Part shown: piece after piece, positions 14,845-20,000 of the stretch | Layout of the letters: every line of letters begins with the position of its first letter | Numbering within the stretch: the stretch's first letter is position 1 | NCBI GenBank assembly: GCA_000165425.1 | Contig: CT868650.1 | Span: 368,434-388,433 of the forward strand | DNA length: 20,000 nucleotides | From: Paramecium tetraurelia | Lineage: Eukaryota | Direction: 5' to 3' | The notes under the pieces: generated by a model | The model's input: only the letters and a program-made list of their open reading frames with translations | What the model was told of the DNA's origin: nothing | Database searches by the model: none | Position numbers and translations under genes: made by a program

Positions 14845-17800
14845 TTAAGCAAGCTCAAATTTATGGCTATTATTCTGGAGATGCAGATAATTGTTTATTT
14901 TTATTTGAAAATACTTGAAGGTTCATTTGTTGCTTCCAACCACTTATAATGGTTATAATCATTCTATAATTTTTTCTGAAATTGGCGATGGGATTGATGT
15001 ATAAGATCATGATTAATTTCTTTTTGTGTCCATCAATCTTATGTGAAATCTTACTTATTCCATCAAATGTTCAAAATATAATTAAAAAACAATACTTATA
15101 GCTTGTGTTTGAGGCTATTATCTTTGATCTAGTTCACATCCTTATTTAAGACATCTCTACAACTTTTTATTCCTACACATCCCCTTTCTCAAGGTGCTTA
15201 TATTGAAAATTACCACTCCTAGAATGATTTTAACAGTTTCTTAAATGTTCTGCAGCATTAGTCACTCTAATAAAACTATATTAGAATTTGGGATTGTTCT
15301 AAAGCATTCTTTCTCCTAATAGTGCTTACTATAATTGTCCTTGTAAGACTTGTGAGCTGTTAGCATTCCTAAATTTGTTAAGAGGTGATCTGACTTCAAG
15401 AAAAGATAAAATCTAAAATATAAAACTCTCTACTTTAAGATCTTGTTTTGATTCACCAAACAATATTAAAATGGAGGCGCTTAAATTTAAAATGTGAATT
15501 TAAGTATAATTTTGTGTGCAAAGTCACTGAATGGTACTGTGTGAATTCTAAAAAAGAAATCTTGTTATGAACCTACAAAGGCAATTACCATTTTCTCTAA
15601 ACGGAAAAATTATTTTTATACTCTGATATTATTAATGGATCCTATTCACATAAATATTTTCCTAATTTCATCAATTATTTAGTTTAAAATGTTATTTACT
15701 TCCTTATATAACGTCATATAAATTATTTTCCAAATATGATCAGTTTTATTAATGATGAATTATCTCATACTTTTAATTTATTGATAATCATTGTCAAAAT
15801 CCATACAAGTAACATTTTCAAATTACTGATTTACTATTTTGGTTTTTATCAGTGTTTCTTCGAATATCTATTTCGGCATTTTTGTATAACATTATTTTGT
15901 TTTTATGCAAAGTAATGAGTTTTCCTTCCTAATTATTTTGCAAAATTATTTCTTAATTCTAATTATAATTGGTTAACGACTACTTCTCTCATTTGAAAAT
16001 AACAATCAAAATCATCTGATGGTTATCATTTGCTATCAATTGTAAGATAAGCAACGATCCAAGGCCTTATGTCAAGAATGGCAAAGCATTGATTCTTATG
16101 AAGCTTTCATAACGAATATTTTGCTAATTATGAAGTGTAATTCACCTAATGATCATGCTGATTGAGTAATTGCCTTTTTTAATTCTATCAGTAAATTATA
16201 GGTATTTTATACTCCCCATTTTATCAAATATTCACCATTGGTATGTATTGAAATTATATTATATAAATCCTCCAAAAGAGGAGTAGTTATGTCACTACAC
16301 AGGTATCTGAATATGGATATTGTGTCACAAGAAAACTCAAAATGTGTTAAATTAACTGTAATTGTATGATGATGTTTGTCTTCGCACTACTCTTAAGAAT
16401 TGAAGTGCAACCGCCACTGAATCCTAAGCTGGTGACTGCTTTGTAATATATCACGTAAATAAAATTTATTCGAAGTGATGACAAAGTTGATGTCTTTGGC
16501 CAGCCAGGATTATTGTAATTCTTGTACAATGCTTCCTTCTTTAATTTGGTGTTGCTGCTTCCTTTTTTAACGTGTTGTTGCTAGATCTTAGAAAGTTTAT
16601 GAATAATTCTTGCTCAAATAATAACCGCATTCTATCATTGTAGTAATACCAGTTATTACATGTTACGTTTAATTTAAGGGCTTTTCTATATTTTTTGATT
16701 ATTATAATATAAGTGCTAAAAATTATGTAACTTGGTATTCATATGAAGAAGCAACTTTCATATTTTCTAAAAAATTATGGTTCTTAACTTTCCTGTCTTG
16801 CTTCTGTGTAAATATTACATCAATGGAGGAAATTAATTATCCCATAAATCCTAAATTATTGCCCTTTTGCTTACTTGGTTAAAATACCAAGTAATAATAA
16901 ATTACTTGTACAACTTTTAAGTCTAGATATTCAATTCTACTTGCACACCTTTTAGGTCTGAAATAATCAATGCCACTCCTTTTTATTTATTTCAGCTCCT
17001 TATCGTTTGGTTGTTTTTTCTTGACATGCTACTAATTCAACTAATCCAACAGGTTTTGGAACTAATTCTTGTACTAAACTCAAGTTAAGTATTTTTGCTA
17101 AATTAAAAAAGTATTCTGTGTATTCACATGCTAGGATGCCAGTTATTTGGTAAAGCTAATTCAAATTTTGTGGTGGGGCTAACACAGCTGCACCTTTACT
17201 CTCTATCTCTCTCACCCTCTCAGAGATATTATCACAACCGTTTAGAGATTATCTAAGAGTTTTTAAACCTGAATTGTTGTTCTACTATTTTTTTAAATAT
17301 CCTAGCTTTATTTTGATATCTTGTGGTCAATTGTAATGTATATAAATTAAATTAGCAACTATCAACGTAATGTTACTCTGATGACAAGCATTTACAACTA
17401 GTTTTATCAGCTTTCATCGAGACATCTATTATAATTGCCGGTCACACATGTTCTCAGTTTCAATCATCTTATTCTACCAGTCCATTTTCGCTAAAAACCC
17501 TATAATAGTACAACCTATGTCCTTCACTAAAATATTGACTATGTTTTTTTCAAAGTAGATGCTCTTGGATATTTTCATATAGGATTTTTCTATTCAAATC
17601 ATCAATAATTTTGGTAGAATGTAAGTTAGACTAAATGCAAACTAAATTCATTAACGGTGACATTTGTATTCATATTTTTGGAGACACATTACCTGAATAT
17701 ATTCTGATGTCGCTTACTTTAAAGAAGTTAAGAGTATTCAAACGCTCTCTCCTGTACAAAATTGGCACAGGTTACGCTGAATCAAATAGATCATCAAAAT

Positions 17801-17900
17801 TTTGTCCATTTTGTTCGAATGTAGCATTATTTAAAAAGATAACTTCATCTTTGTTTTTACCAGTTTGCTAGTTACTTTAGAAATATTGTGTATCTCATAT
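14845..17900 (-). mobile_element. Degenerate Mutator-like (MULE) transposase remnant with SWIM finger and C-terminal OTU-like domain; frameshifted, boundaries approximate
   Basis: 308-codon TGA-free frame at 17079-16156 plus flanking shifted frames. Ordered motifs: YKCHR...C...EH (17677-17559), PQNLNQLYQITG (to 17135), GIDY...A....YLDLKV (D at 16966-16968), ITTMIE (E at 16630-16632), VNL...FSC-x9-CSD (16335-16291) followed by YLIKW, and ENGNCLCR (GNC at 15581-15589). No terminal inverted repeats were found. Confidence 0.55.
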
Positions 17901-18449
17901 CAGATTTAACGATTTTAATTCTATTATTTTATAATCTAAAATGTCCAATAATCACTCTAATTAAATCAAGATTGGAAAATTTAGGCCCAAATCGACAGTC
18001 ATTAACCAAGGTTAATCATAATCACTTCATATAAATTCCACAACTAAAAAATACATAAATGCAAAAATAGTAAATATATTTTTCACATGAATCAGACAGT
18101 ACTTAGAAGAAGTAAGCTCAAAAAATACATACATTAACAGAATGAAATTACTCAAAAAGCTCAATTCTAGAGGCTTTAAACGTACTGAAGTAACGGTTGA
18201 TTAAACTACATAATATTCCAAGACTTAATTTGCCCATTTTATAAATTAGATGGAGTGTAATGGAATGCTGAACGTTAATTCTGTTCTTCTAAGTTTTATA
18301 ACTGCAATTGACATAGTAAATGTCAACTGAAAATGCTATAACTTTGCCCCTTTATTAATAATTGAAGCCTCTATATTTTAAGAATGTAGATATTGTATGG
18401 TTTTTAAGCATATCTCTTATAATTATATTAGACTCCATCGAGTTTTGTT

Positions 18450-19460
18450 ATCATTTTGGTAATCCTAAATGTATCCCTCCTTGCACTCATTACTATGCCA
18501 TACTAATGGAGATTCATTTGACACATTACTCACTACACACTATGACTGCTACTTGTCTTTCAAGATTGTTGGTTTTAAGAACATTGAAAAAAAAGGATAG
18601 CTACTATTTGTCATCAATTTAGTGATAAAGCGTTAATATTTAAAGTAACTGGAACTTACTGTACAACTTGCTAATACTTGAATGAAATCAGCAAATAACT
18701 TCATCTTATGCTTTTACTGTGTACTTAAAATATTGATGGTTTGATAACTAGCATCGCTACGTCAATTATTGGTGCGTTTGAACAACAATTAAGAAAAAGT
18801 TTGGCGTTATTCTGAAATCTCACTTAAAAAAATACTCTAGTCGTTTGCATTGTAATAAATGTATAGCAAGGATGGAAGATGCATTATCATTGCTTAACTT
18901 AAACAATTATTAAAATTAATGTCTTGTAAATACTAGAATATAATGTAAGCTTTTAGAAATTAAGTACATGTTTTTAAGCTAAATTTGGTTATCCATATTT
19001 CCTATTCTTCATTTCTAATAAAATCACTTTATTGTTTAACCTTGTAAAATTTAGAGATGCTGAGTACTAATCTATATAAGTTTAATTGTATTCCACAATA
19101 AACTAATCAATCCTATATATATGGATCTTGGAGTTCCTTGCATTAGCATGAAATAACTTAGGTTTGAAGTTTGAACTCTGATCTCAGTTAATATAGTTAA
19201 AGATTTTGAGTTATTTCTTACCATTTGCAATATATGCTCTGATTCTATATACCTTCGCCTTCAATGCAAGGCTTAAGTAAATGCAAGCATCTGCTTTAGG
19301 ATGGGTGTTTTCATTTGATAGCAACATACAAATTAAGCTTTCATAATTAAGCTAAATTTACTTATTGTAAATGTAGATTTTAGTTCAATAGCAAACACAG
19401 AGGTAGATATCACCTTATGCTGCCTTTGATTATACTTGTTCTATATTCGATAGCTGCTGT
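18450..19460 (+). pseudogene. Debris of a cysteine-rich repeat (furin-like/growth-factor-receptor-like) surface protein gene
   Basis: Scattered fragments in different frames, separated by stops and frameshifts: NPKCIPPCTH (~18461-18490), TICHQF...TGTYCTTCQY (~18603-18678), ICNICSDS...LQCK (~19223-19270) and DYTCSI (~19428-19446). Confidence 0.3.
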
Positions 19461-19969
19461 TTATGACATGAATATACTCCATCTAAACTAAATTCAACAT
19501 ATGTTAGCTTTCAGGTTTATGATGATGACCATTCAAATTCAAATAATGCTTATCAAGAGTATTACATACTGCAACTATTGTATCAGATATGATGATACAG
19601 CTGATCACTTTACTTTTGTATTGATTGATATTAATAACAAAAAAGATGAAGACAATACTTTAGTAATTTTAACATATTTATATAATAATCATATAATATA
19701 TATAACAAATCTTCAATTAATATCAAATAATTATACATTTAATAAATATCTCTTTATGGTTGGTGAATATTCCCCACTACTTCATCGTTTTATTTCTCCT
19801 ATACAAATTATTTTACACTAACTCCATACCTTATAATATTGTATAATATCCAATATTATAAACACAAAATATAGTAATAGAAATTCAATAATATTTTCAA
19901 AAAACAGAAAATGTATTGCAATACGGAGTAAGTTGGCGAGTTGTTTAGGGTATTGGCTTGTTCTTAAGA

Positions 19970-20000
19970 GGGTGGGTTTGGGTTGGGGTTGGGTTTGGGT
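19970..20000 (+). repeat. Telomeric repeats (Paramecium-type mixed G4T2/G3T3), macronuclear chromosome end
   Basis: GGGT GGGTTT GGGTT GGGGTT GGGTTT GGGT at the extreme 3' end, with the G-rich strand running 5'->3' towards the terminus. Confidence 0.93.

Noticed and set aside
18001..18016. Short palindrome ATTAACC-AA-GGTTAAT upstream of the MULE-like ORF
   Set aside because: A single 7-bp AT-rich stem is expected by chance in 20 kb of such DNA.
14470..18120. Terminal inverted repeats or target-site duplication around the putative MULE
   Set aside because: Visual comparison of 14500-14830 with 17900-18120 showed no convincing inverted match, so the element boundaries cannot be supported.
16347..18622. 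Supplied ORFs 16347-16529(-), 17635-17871(+) and 18362-18622(+) as independent genes
   Set aside because: They are off-frame or antisense to the decayed MULE remnant, or pieces of degenerate debris, and their ends are TAA/TAG, which are not stops here.

Overview
AT-rich ciliate macronuclear chromosome end, almost certainly Paramecium: TAA/TAG read as Gln, TGA is the only stop, introns are 21-32 nt GT-AG, and mixed G4T2/G3T3 telomeric repeats end the window. The supplied standard-code ORF track is therefore largely artefactual. Bases 1-14469 hold four tightly packed intact genes: a DEAH-box RNA helicase (minus strand, cut by the window edge), an N-acylated calcium-dependent protein kinase, a signal-peptide-peptidase-like membrane protein lacking its GxGD catalytic motif, and a ~2960-aa anoctamin/TMEM16-like protein with a very long C-terminal extension. 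The last ~5.5 kb has no intact gene. It contains what looks like a decayed Mutator-like (MULE) transposase with a SWIM finger and an OTU-like protease domain, plus Cys-rich gene debris, before the telomere. A compact multi-hairpin element lies in the divergent helicase/CDPK intergenic region. All protein assignments come from manual translation and motif recognition, not database searches.
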